Source: Eremomyces bilateralis CBS 781.70 (lineage: Eukaryota). Taken from it: DNA of 50,471 bases. Below the pieces are notes generated by a model that saw only the letters and a program-made list of their open reading frames with translations, did not search any database and was not told the origin of the DNA. The stretch lies in NCBI GenBank assembly GCA_010015585.1, contig ML975152.1. The stretch is one strand, 5' to 3'. Below are positions 26,678-37,745 of the stretch, piece by piece (positions within the stretch are counted from its first letter, which is position 1; the number at the start of each line of letters is the position of its first letter). A program made the translations under genes and the position numbers.

Positions 26678-28061
26678 GTGCCTTGAGGCGGCGTGATGAT
26701 GACACAGCTTTTGACAAACGCGTTATTGGTGAAAAGGATATCTAGCGTGAATATTACAACATGTGTATGACACGTTACAGGACGGAGAAGAACACAAATA
26801 TCAGACTCGAATGCAATCGCTTATGAGGCCAGGTTGACTGATATCGGTGAAGATGGACCAACTATCACCTTTGACCAGGAAATCGAAGTAAGGCAGGAAA
26901 CTTCAGCATGATAGGACGCAGAAAAAGGAAATGGCGATAGAGAGGCTTCGAAAAGGATCGCTGAGGGGTACATAATATATAGTTCCGACTCTCTCGCCAT
27001 AGAAACACCTTGAGATCTTGCGATGAGGGCGAATGACTGGCATAATCAACGCGGCGCGTCCGCCATACCGAAGTGTCGGGTTCAGACTGGGAACAGGACA
27101 CCACCGTGGACAAGGTTTAACTCAACCTTGTATACTTTTGTGTACAGTGTATTGTAGATTTTGTGGGTAGGTACTGTAGGATTCAAGATTTTGCAACTTT
27201 TAAGGACAAGTGTGGACTACGGGCGGGAGGACCCTCATCCGCGAGAACTTTAACGGAACGCCGCGACCGTTAGTTGAGCCATGCGTTCACGCCAGCTAGT
27301 GAACGAGTGAACGAGGATCCCGGACTCTTGTTGGCTAGCAGCGTGGTCCGGCTGGTCCCCTGAGGCCTGGATGAATGCTGTTGCGGCGACTGGTGTGCGC
27401 TGGTGGTGACTGGTGCACCTTGTCCTGCATCTCTTTTCTTCCGCTAGTGCATAGGCAAAGCGGCTCAAAGGCCAGCAATCCGTCTTCGGGCGAGCTTTAC
27501 TGTTTGACACCAATAGGGATGCGTTGGCCGTCCGAACAGCGTGTCAATCAATTCTTTGTCAAAACATCAGCGTCCGTGATTGGGAGATCAATGCGCTCCA
27601 CTAGGCGAAATCGGAAACGACCACAACGTGATGTGCCTCGGAACGAAGAAGGAAAGATACGTGACGGAGGAACAACCCACGCATGCGACACTACGGACTC
27701 GTTTTGCTCAACAACACCGCTAGCAGCTAGTAAAGAGCTCCGGTGACGCTGTCCGATATGTGGCTAGTTGCGATGCGGTTCATGCGACTCTTTCATATTA
27801 ACGAATAGAGAGAGGAGATTTTCTTGCTGATCTGTGTTGACGCAATTGCTGGTCATGAAGGGTCTCCATGTCGTTCAAATATCCCACCCATGCTGAGACC
27901 GTTTCTAGGCGCATTGACTCGGAAAGCGTCCCTTAGCCATTAAGAATAAGGCTGCTGTAAGTTTCTCGGAGTGTATCGTACACATGGCAATACGAATGAC
28001 TACGTGAAAAGGTGGTCCATCAAGTTGTGGTCCTAAATCGTCACAGAGGTAGTGCGTTCAT

Positions 28062-29089
28062 TCAGGATACCTGGTCCACCTGTTCCATGAGGTCTTCCAC
28101 TCGAAACCGTACATCGCCGCTGGTGAACTGCTCCAATAACTGCTTGCGCTTCGGTGTTTCGCCTTGCAGCCCGTAGAATTTCTGCATACACATCAAAAGC
28201 CACTTCCCTTCATCGACACTCACCCCTCGATCATCCAGTACAGTCCCGACGACCAACACCACTCCATTCGATTCCGCTAGTTCTGTGTGTACAGTGACCG
28301 TGGTGTGCGGTTGGCTGTACTCTCCTCGAAGTTTGTATTCGGCTAGATGTGTAAATAAGATGTTTGTCGAGTCTGCATGAGGAAACGTCCATTGTAGGAA
28401 ATGCATATCCGCCGCTGTGCGAGATTGCGACGGATCTTGCGCATCCTTGTCTGCTGAATCCGACGATCGAGGGAGTGGGAGAATGAACTGTGGATGTCTT
28501 TTCGCCTTTTCCAACATTTGTTCCCATGTATCGGTTGCAATAACAGCCGTCAGTGAGCGCTCGTTCGAAGCATGGCGAAGCCTCCAGATCTGCGATATTT
28601 GCTCTGCAGGAAGCTCTCTTGTCTTCTCCACGTCGAGATAGGATGAGAGTTCTTTCACCCCGGGGGGCAACTTTGCCTGTGCTCGCCCATCGCCTTTGCT
28701 GACACTAGTCTTCGGGATGCTTGATGGTGAAAACAGGCTGTCAGGGGACACCGTGGAAGGTTTCGTTGACGCGGCCAAACCTGCAGGAGACCGTTTCCGA
28801 ACGTCATCTATCTTTTCCCGATACGCCTCCTTCAATTCCGCAATATCGTTGAGTCCTTCCCTGATACGAGAAGCATTAGGCATTAGTCAATGGGAAATAG
28901 GTGAGAACCCACTCACTGCTTCGCCTTCTGATGAAGCTTCTCCTGATACCTCGAGAGGATGCTCTCTTGGCTATTTTGGGTCGCTAAGAAGCGGACATCG
29001 AGTACACGAGCCCATCTCCGTTGGGGATTCGATAGCCTCAGCAGAGGCCTATTGACAAAATGGCGCAGGGATGGTATTAATGTTGCCAT
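28062..29089 (-). CDS. ATP11: Mitochondrial F1-ATPase assembly chaperone Atp11, about 323 aa
   Basis: Exons 29089-28917 (Arg-rich presequence MATLIPSLRHFVNRPLLRL..RRWARVLDVRFLAT) and 28860-28062. Motifs LSSYLDVEK, IWRLRH, PQFILPLPR, HFLQW, LFTHLAEYKLRGEYSQPH, QKFYG. Confidence 0.93.
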
Positions 29090-29149
29090 TGTTTGATTAC
29101 ATGCAAGACAAGTCGGCGGTTAATGAGAGAAAGAATACTTGGACACAAG

Positions 29150-29218
29150 GTCACGTGAATATATAATTCCGAGTTTCCGATCTTTACTGATCCACGTGAC
29201 CACGCGTAATCAACGCGA
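29150..29218. promoter_or_regulatory. Two CACGTG E-boxes plus ACGCGT/ACGCGA (MCB-like) elements in the ATP11 promoter
   Basis: GTCACGTGA 29150-29158, CCACGTGAC 29192-29200, ACGCGT 29202-29207 and ACGCGA 29213-29218, all within 130 nt of the ATG. Confidence 0.5.
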
Positions 29219-29569
29219 CAGGTCATGAAAAAAATCAGTGGGGGGATGGGATTGGGACGTGGAAGATTGCAATATTAATGGGATCTCCCCTAATATGGCC
29301 ATCTACAAAGGTAACTTAACCTAAAGTACCAGTATCTGAGTCCATCCGGGAAGGCAGAAATGGCTGATGATCAATGAATTCCGAACCGAACAGGACGATC
29401 TTGTTGTATAAATAGGGGAAACCCTTCACAAGTTGGGTCGTATTTAGATCTGCCAACCTCGACATGCGAGTAGATTGAGTAGTAGTGAGTGTAGATATAA
29501 CTAGAATGAATAACTGCTTAATAGAGGATTCTATGTTCCGAACTTCCGATGATACATAGAGTATGAATT

Positions 29570-30598
29570 CTATGATGCCCGCTGTTTGACTAGCCTTTCC
29601 ACTGTCCCCTTGACAGTATCAAAAGGGATGCCAAGCAAAGCGTTATCAGCGTCTTCTTCACTGACAACGACACTCCTACCAGCGCCGTCTTCGAAGAGTT
29701 CGACAGCGAGAACATCTAGGAATCCAAACCTATCTCCTTTACTGAGCTTCTCAAACCCCCGAGCTACCAGCCCCTCTGTTTCGACACGGTCAACTGTCCA
29801 AGAGGTGCCTGTAGCTACCTCTAGTTCCGCAAGAACTTCGTTCTGGGAGGATTGCACGGAACGGATCCTCAGCATGCGATTCTTCGTCTTCTCCGGCAGC
29901 TGGAGCACTTTTGCTACGGCCAGCGCGATCGTACCAAGATTGGTAGCAGTCACCTGCTCGTTGCCGGAGCCAAAGATGGTTGCCCGAGAGTTCGATAGAT
30001 CCATGCCGAAGGAATTAAAGGGACCATCAATTGCCTAAGACTCGAAAATCAGCATCGATCAGCATAATCCACAGATTCAATACATCAACATACCCAATCG
30101 AAGAATGGCCCAGTTGCGATTCCCGTCCATTCTAACTTTTGTTCCTGGGCAGCGGCTTGCAACCTCTCCAAAACCAGCTGTTTCGGCGCAAGAACGGCGT
30201 CAAACTCTTTCAGGCGGCGTCCCTGCGGTCTGGTTCTGTCGCTTCCAAATTCGCCCGGAATGAATCTTTTGACACCAGCAGCGATGGCGATCTCGATCAG
30301 ACCTATCTGAATATCAAAGCCTTCAAAACCAAGAGTCACAACGATCGCGTCGTGACCATTCACGATATTACGCAGCTCGTCCGATGAATAGTCCGTTCGG
30401 TAGGCGGTTACCGTGGTAGGGAAGGTCGCAGAGGATGACTTTCTAGTGGTGACAGACACTTGGAATCCTTCGTCAACGAGGGCTGTCACAACCGGAGATC
30501 CAAGATTTCCCGAGCCCTAGATACATTAATACCGATGCCCATACTGATGAAGGGGTGGGATAACGTACGCCAACAACAAGGACTTTCTTGATGGACAT
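29570..30598 (-). CDS. NmrA-like / isoflavone-reductase family NAD(P)-binding oxidoreductase, about 305 aa
   Basis: Exons 30598-30569, 30516-30094, 30034-29570. Rossmann motif KVLVVGGSGNLG, TDYS, AIAAGVKRFIPGEFG, WTGIATGPFFDW, SQNEVLAELE. Confidence 0.92.
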
Positions 30599-31000
30599 TG
30601 TGATTTGAGAATAGCTGTGCACTGAAATGATTATCGACTCAATGTAGGATCTGATGGATGGTACCAAACACTCCCCAAGGAGGGTTTATATACAAATCTA
30701 GCATCTTCAGCCAATTCCCTTGTTCTTGAGAAATGCGTGTCATCTTTTGCAATTCCAGTCTCCTCCTAACGCTGTTTCTCCGCAGCGCAGAAATGTCTTT
30801 CGGAGACGGACAAACTATCGCTCAAGCAATTGAGGAAATGATTCCCGTATTGATTTCAAAGCAGCCATAATTAAGGCCGTTACCATATGATGTTCCTGGC
30901 TTCGCTTACAGGGAGGTTGCAGTCACGTCCTACTCTTGAGTTGTCTGAGATGTTAATGTTAGTGACCAAAATAAGTCACAAAGTAGTCGTGCATATTTGA

Positions 31001-31078
31001 CGGTGGAAATAGATCAACTGGAGTCGGCGGAAATGGATGACCTGGAGTCGGTGGAATGGATGAATTGGAGTCGGTGGA
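31001..31078. repeat. Minisatellite, about 23-24 bp unit (CGGTGGAAATGGATGACCTGGAGT-like) x3.3
   Basis: cggtggaaatagatcaactggagt / cggcggaaatggatgacctggagt / cggtggaatggatgaattggagt / cggtgga, in the divergent NmrA-PEX10 promoter. Confidence 0.8.
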
Positions 31079-31596
31079 TCGGGATCCTTTATCCCCGATT
31101 TTGGCAAGAGATGCGAGTGCGGAGTATGGATAGTCAAGTAGCAATATAGCATGAGAGGCGGGAGGTCGGTATTTGGCCCTGGCAGTACCGGCAATCCGGA
31201 CGAACTGGTCTGTCAAAGGCTCAATCCTCGAGGCGCAAGTTGTCAATGGTGCGAATGAAAGTAAAACCAGCTTCCAAAATTCGAGTGAGAGGAATTGTGC
31301 ATTGGTAGTAAGGAAGTGTGACCTGAGGACTCAGAAATCAGATTGGAAAGGGGAATTCGGTCACACGCTAATGAGCATGAGGTCTACCTCTATGCTCGGC
31401 TTGTTGCCGACCTGCCGACCATGCTGCCCTGACTTGCTCGGATCATCGCCGAGGTTGGGGTCTGTAGACTGTACAGCATCAGGCCTCTGGTTCCAAAAAA
31501 ATCCCATCGACCAAACACCTCACGATATGCCATCGACCGGACCGGCTATTCTTGATTCCCTTTTTAGCCCTTGAGACGACGAGGAATACTGCGGAC

Positions 31597-32697
31597 ATGG
31601 CCCAAGGCAAGCCCAGCTACAGATACCCGTTCTCGGCCGCCCCGGATATCATACGGGCAAACCAGAAAGATGCGTACTTTCAAGGTGTCCTCTTTGAACA
31701 GGTTTCCGACATCGTGCGGAAGCTCTACGGCGCGCGCACTACGCACAATTACACCTCCGAATCGCGGGCTTTTGCAGATCTCCTCTATCTCGGCCTGACG
31801 ACCGTGGTCGGTAACAGGACTTTGGGGGAGGAGTACAGCGACATCGTGCAAATCGAGGGCGACTCACGCGTGCTGCCATCGATCGAGCGGCGGCTCGGAT
31901 ACGTTCTATCCACGGTCCTGTTACCATACTCGCTGAACCGAATATTGCCTGCGCTCCGCCGTCGCCTGCGATCCGGATTGGAAAAGAGCATCCGCAAGTC
32001 TGCACAGGGCCAAAGTCCAAAGCCCTCTGCATTGACACACCTCAAGTCATATCTTCTTTCGAATCTCGACACCATCACATCGCCTTCGCCGGTGTATGCT
32101 ATTAGCCTAGCCGTCTTTTACTTCACCGGCGCCTACTACCAACTCGGAAAGCGGGTCTTCGGGCTACGATATATATTCACCCGCCACATCGACACGAATA
32201 CTCAACGCGTGGGATACGAGGTTCTCGGCGTCCTTCTCGTCCTTCAACTCTCAGTCCAAACGTGGCTACATGTTCAAAACACCGTGACAGAGAGCGCTCC
32301 CGAATTTTCCAACGTGGGACGGCAGCCTGGTGATCATGGTGTTGAAGTGAGCTTAGATCCTACGGCATACTCGAGCAACAATGCCCTTTTATTCGAGGCC
32401 GATGGCGCACCTGCCACCACCAATACGTATCAGCAAAGCTTGCAACGAATCACACAAACCCCTGTGCTCCAGGACGCACGCTTCGATCTTGAGGACACCG
32501 ACACCATGCAATGGATCAAGGGCAAACAACAGCGGAAGTGTACCCTGTGCCTCGAATCGATGCGCGATCCGAGCGTGACGACGTGTGGGCATATGTTTTG
32601 TTGGACATGCATTGGCGATTGGTGTCGAGAAAAGCCCGAGTGTCCGCTTTGCCGACAAACCTGCCTTGCCCAACATGTACTACCGCTCCGCGGGTGA
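31597..32697 (+). CDS. PEX10: Peroxin 10, RING-finger peroxisomal ubiquitin ligase subunit, 366 aa
   Basis: YPFSAAPDIIRANQKD, GNRTLGEEYSDIVQ, FYFTGAYYQLGKR, GYEVLGVLL. C-terminal C3HC4 RING CTLCLE..CGHMFCWTCIGDWCREKPECPLCRQ. Confidence 0.96.
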   Translation: MAQGKPSYRYPFSAAPDIIRANQKDAYFQGVLFEQVSDIVRKLYGARTTHNYTSESRAFADLLYLGLTTVVGNRTLGEEYSDIVQIEGDSRVLPSIERRLGYVLSTVLLPYSLNRILPALRRRLRSGLEKSIRKSAQGQSPKPSALTHLKSYLLSNLDTITSPSPVYAISLAVFYFTGAYYQLGKRVFGLRYIFTRHIDTNTQRVGYEVLGVLLVLQLSVQTWLHVQNTVTESAPEFSNVGRQPGDHGVEVSLDPTAYSSNNALLFEADGAPATTNTYQQSLQRITQTPVLQDARFDLEDTDTMQWIKGKQQRKCTLCLESMRDPSVTTCGHMFCWTCIGDWCREKPECPLCRQTCLAQHVLPLRG

Positions 32698-32867
32698 GAT
32701 TTGGGACACTTCACAAGCATGTCCTGTTGACGTTATACGGAAGGGTCACAGGTTTACGGTGCTTTGGCGTCATTTAAATGCAATAACGAGACATGGCTCC
32801 CTTATGATTGTATTCGAACGCTTCCTTGTATAACCCTATCATCAACCAGAGAGGTCGCCTCAGCTCA

Positions 32868-33143
32868 CTACTTGGTTTCCCTGGATGACTCCTTCTCCGT
32901 CTCCGTCACATCCTCGATCCGTCCTCGCGTGTCTGCCTGTGCGACACGGCCGGTCCTTGGATATTCGATCCGTTCTTCGACTGGTGTCTGGCCGGGTTGT
33001 TGCTGGGCACGATAAATGGTCGTCCCAGCCGGGTCGGAATATGACGACTGCTTAAAACTGCTCGTCTGGCCGTTGATAGTTTGTGAGCTCGAGGAGAAGC
33101 TCGCCGACTGAAAGAAGGAACGCTGCTGGTTGCCGCTCGACAT
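32868..33143 (-). CDS. Small hydrophilic hypothetical protein (91 aa)
   Basis: Single ORF with good Kozak context (GGACAATG) and protein-like composition (SFSSSSQTING..SDPAGTT..RIEDV); TATA-like TATTTA upstream. Confidence 0.7.
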   Translation of the reverse strand: MSSGNQQRSFFQSASFSSSSQTINGQTSSFKQSSYSDPAGTTIYRAQQQPGQTPVEERIEYPRTGRVAQADTRGRIEDVTETEKESSRETK

Positions 33144-34000
33144 TGTCCCGGATGTTTTGTATGATATGTTGATGTGTTATAGCCGTCAAGAATGGCCGTT
33201 GGATAAATAGTTACGGAGCGACAGGTCTCTTCGATATCACTGTGATGGGGCAGTGGAATAGATATTACTATCTACTCCATAGAGTGCTTTAATATCGACA
33301 GGAACAGTGGCAGGCGAACTGACATCATTGTCACGTGATATTTCGTCAATATTTCCTTCGTTTTACCTGGGTAGAAAACTAGAAATCGTGCATGATGTTG
33401 TCCCTTTCGTCCTGTCCATCCATGATCCAGCCCATTGAATCGGGAGAATCATATTAATTCCCCAAAACTAAAAGAGTAAAAGAGTAATGTAGAAGGGGTT
33501 TTTATGCCTTGAGAAAGGAGAACGCTGGACGCTTTGTGGTATGCCTCAGGACCATCAATCTGTGCCCTCCAGAGTCCAGTTGCTCTACTTGCCTTGGCTT
33601 CGGAAATTCATAACAGCGTGGACCATCATGATCATTCGGCCTTGTTGAATCTGTTTTGCTTTGTCCTCGACGTCCTGGAACGGACGCATTCGCTGCGAGA
33701 ACAAAGGCAGTACCTGTAACTGCTATCACGATGTCATATTCCACCGACTTCAAGATGCAGCTTCTTGTACTCGAGACACTAAACGGTATATGGAGTTCAA
33801 GTTACTCGGGATATTGGACCAAGATACATGTACTATCACTTTATCAGGATGTTCATGTTCCAGGTTCTGCCTTTGAATTGCTTTGTTAGAGTGGGTCCAC
33901 GCACTCATTTCGACCGGTCACGTTTTCACCCCTTGCGTGAACCGTTGCTCCGAAGATCTGTCCATCAAGTTCAAAGAACAGTTGCTCAACTTTTAGATTA

Positions 34001-34734
34001 ATGTCTGAAATCCAGTCACTCAAGCACCAGCTACCGAAAGGCTATGTTATTCTCCCCAAGGGGGATAGGTACTTGAGCCTTCATTGTCGTAAACAGTCAT
34101 TAGAGCTGGGAAAGGACATCTACATTATCACCGTAAGTGTATTTCAGGTCATTTATTGGGTACGGGAAGTTAACTGGCATAGGATAGAAAAGGAGTTCGA
34201 CAGGGCCTAGGAGTTCCGCATCATGTCCTTAAGGAGGTGGAAGCCCTTGCAAAAGCCACCGCGCAGTCACGTCTCGACGCTGTCATCCAAAAAGATCGAA
34301 GGCTGATTACAACAGCACGATTGATGGTCGAGAAATTGTATCCCAAAATGCCGGCAGACGAGGTGCAAACCTGTCTTAATCACGCATTCCACAAAGGATC
34401 CGGTCGGGTTGGTCGGAGCACCACCCTTCGAGGCGATTCAAGCGAAAAGCTCAAATTCAAAGTCTGTCTCGCCGTGGCTGCTTATATCCGACATGAGCAT
34501 ACTCTGTATGATTCTCTACTTTGCCATGGTATTCTACGGGAGGAAGCTCGACAACAGGTTGAAGGCGACATGAATGAAGTGCTACTTCGATGGAGAAGTG
34601 AATCGAAGGAGCCGACGGTGGAGCGAAAAGTAAAGTCCGCGGCGAAGACAATACAAAAGCCCAAAGCACTCACGACGAGACCTCGTATCCGACCGAAATC
34701 GAAGCCCAATTTACGGAGAAACCGCAAGTTGTGA
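34001..34734 (+). CDS. DUF2293-like protein with basic C-terminal tail, about 227 aa
   Basis: Exons 34001-34132 and 34183-34734 (intron GTAAGT..TTAAC..TAG). Motifs PKGYVILPKGDRYLSLHCR, LYPKMP, HAFHKGSGRVGRS, LAVAAYIRHEHTLYDSLL, recalled as typical of fungal DUF2293 proteins. Confidence 0.8.
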
Positions 34735-35672
34735 ATCAGGAACTGCCGTCTAACCGATGGTTCATGATAGTTTTTCGCTTATGCAGCCATTTCATGTTCC
34801 AAGTCAAGTCCCTGTTACCCATCTCTCGCTCATATCGAATTGTTTCCTTGTGCTGATCAATGCCGCCGTAATCTCGCAACTTACGTTGCCGAAAATGCCC
34901 TCTTTTGGTTTCCTCATATTGGCACTCATAACCCAGTTGTTCTCGCCAGGGCGGTATCGATATGTGAAATGCTTCCCTTTTCCTTCCGATACACACGGGT
35001 GTCGGCATGTGCCTGGGAGAAAGCCATTTTGAAGAGCAAAGGGGTTAGATCCAGGAGTTGCTGTCAGGAAAGAATTCAAACTGCTTCTTGCATCTGGATC
35101 AGACGTCTGGTATATGCACCGTCAACAGCAGTTTGTGACGCCATCACAAATTGTTCCACCGGTACATCCATGTCTCCCCAGTTGGACCGAAAATCGCCAT
35201 ACTTCTGTTGGCGTGGTTGCGGGGTCCCCAATCCCCATCAAACGACTTCCGGGTCCAATGTGGGGAAATGACACTATTTGATTAGCCCCTCTCTAGTGCC
35301 TACGAGTGCTAGTCTAGCAATGGACAAGAACCCTCTATGATAGATCTGCCAAACTGCCAAATGTACATTCTCGACATGCTGCAAGAGCCTAGAATAGCGT
35401 TCATTGGGTTGAGCTTGACCAAATGCCTTTCCCTCGGGTACCATTCGGTATTGTCGGTTCAATGGCGGTCAAATTTAATGCTTGGCCTAGAAAGCTTATC
35501 ACATTAGGCCATATTTTCCGGTACTCGGTTTTCCCAAGATACGGGTCAGCGGAACCTTCAATCCTTTATACTGAGGGTACGGTGCCAATACGGGCTTGAT
35601 ATGTTGGTTATTAGCAGCTAAATCTTGAGGAAGACATTGAATACATCAGCTGAAGCACCATTTTGGTTCACA

Positions 35673-37327
35673 ATGAACAAATACAACCTTTGGGCCATCA
35701 TTTTTTGTTGCTGGGGCGCAACGACATATGGGTTTGATTCAGGATTGACTACATCGATTATTGGGTACCCAGAATTCATCGAGTACTTCAAGTTCGATTC
35801 TGTTACGCTTGGTGCCCTGGGGAGCACTTACTATGCCGGGAACTTCTTTGGTTCCTTGTGCAATATCTGGCTGCCCGATAAATTCGGCAGGCTGAGAACC
35901 ATCCAATTTGCATGTATTCTTTCTTTTTTGGGCGCTGGTCTGCAGACCGGAGCTCCAAACCTAGGGGTACTGCTCGCGGGTCGAGCGATTGGTGGAATCG
36001 CTTGTGGCATCATTGTTGCTGTCTGTCCTCTATTTGCCAGCGAACTGTCGCCACCTCATGTCCGCGGTCGTGTCGGTGGGCTCTATAAGTATCGCAGCTC
36101 GGATCCGACAATGTACAGTTACTAATGCCTTTGCCAGCGTCAACATCAATGTCTCATACATGGTGACCGAATGGATGGGCCTCGGGTTCTCCTACGTCAA
36201 TGGCGACTTGAAATGGCGCCTGTTTATCGGGTTGCAGATTTTCTGCGCTGCAATTATGCTGCTCGGCTCTTTCTGGATGCCGTTCTCGCCCCGGTGGCTG
36301 GTATCTAAGGGGCGATATGACGAAGCACTTCGTGTTTTAGAACGTTTACATAGGGACGGAGGATATGACAGGGGCGATGGCGGTGCAGATGAAATTCCCT
36401 TTTATCAACGAGAGTTCAACCAAATCAAGGCGCAGATCGCCTATGAGCAAGAGAATCCGCAGTTGGGCCTTATCGGGATTATCAAGCGGCCATCTTATCG
36501 CCGTCGCCTCTTCATTATCCTTTTCTTCTTCGTTTTCCAACAGCTCACGGCGATTATTCCACTTCAAAACTACCAGGTATGTTGGGACTTCTCTTGAGAA
36601 ACGATTTATTCGGAATTGGACACTAATATCTTCCAAGGTTCTCCTGTACCAGAGCCTGGGGCTGGACGGGAAGCTTCCTTTAGTCTTGGTCGGTGTCTGG
36701 GGTACTGTCGGTGTCATATTCTCAGCTGTCGGTGCCAGCTACTTTGACCGGATCGGCAGGAGGAAGAGTTTCTTCATAAGCATGACCTTGGTAACGATTG
36801 GGTCCATCTTGCTAACCGCTTTCTGGGCGACGTATGAGAAGACGGGGAACACAGTCAAAACTTTCGGATCGTTGGCACTCTGGGCAATGTTCGTGTACCT
36901 CACTGGATATGCGTTGTGCCTGAATGCATTTGGATACGCATATACTCCAGAAATTCTACCTCTTCCCATACGTGCAACGGGAGTGGCAACTGGTTTTGCT
37001 ACGATGAACGGAATCATCATTATGCTCGTACAAGTCACCCCGCTTGCACTAGAGTCAATCACGTGGAAGTATTTCCTCATATTCGTCTTCATGGACGTCA
37101 TCTTTATCCTGGGAGTCTTCTTTCAGTAGGTTTCGTTCCCAAGATGATGTTGCCATGGATTGACATGTCTCGCAGCTTCCCGGAGACGGCAAACAAGCCA
37201 CTCGAAGAGATAGCCGCCTTGTTTGGTGACGAGGTGAGAAAGCGCACGGATTTCTTCTCTACAATTTACTGATGCCATTGTGTAGGTTGTGGTTACTCTC
37301 GAAGAGGCTACTGGTAAAGAAGCGTGA
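35673..37327 (+). CDS. MFS sugar porter family transporter, about 480 aa
   Basis: Exons 35673-36088, 36138-36576, 36638-37125, 37176-37233, 37286-37327 keep frame. Motifs YGFDSG, DKFGRL, GRAIGG, ASELSPPHVRG, SPRWL, FQQLT, DRIGRR, PEILPLPIRA, PETANKPLEEI. Confidence 0.92.
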
Positions 37328-37745
37328 GAACCTTCGAACGACGAGGCTTCACCCGTGGGGGTTGAGAATACAGTCCGCGCCATTCGTGAACGTAGCAAGT
37401 GTACTGTATGCAAAGATTTCGACTGCAGCTTAAGGAGGCTATGCGTCAATAAGTTGCTGTAAAACAGATCAGCAGTATTATATAACGTCCGGGTATAAAA
37501 ATGAATAGTCCATTCATCTTCGACGCCCTGGGGTATGCTTCAGGACCAACAATATTCACTTTGATCTTCTCGACTGTCACGAGTGCCGAAGAGACTGAAT
37601 TTGTAAATTTGCGTATGGCCCTGGACCGGATAGATTATCTTGCCGACCTCCTGAGCTGTTTGCTCAGGCCTTGCAGTCGTTCGAAGGAGTATCCGAACGC
37701 AGTCTCAAACCGTAAATAGATTTCCACTCCCACCGCTCCGAAAAG

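Noticed and set aside
31001..31078. Repeat array as a possible CRISPR
   Set aside because: Eukaryotic context, contiguous degenerate units without unique spacers, no cas genes.
34720..34734. C-terminal RKL of the DUF2293 protein as a peroxisomal PTS1, given nearby PEX10
   Set aside because: Arg at position -3 does not fit the (S/A/C)-(K/R/H)-L consensus; it is part of a general basic tail.
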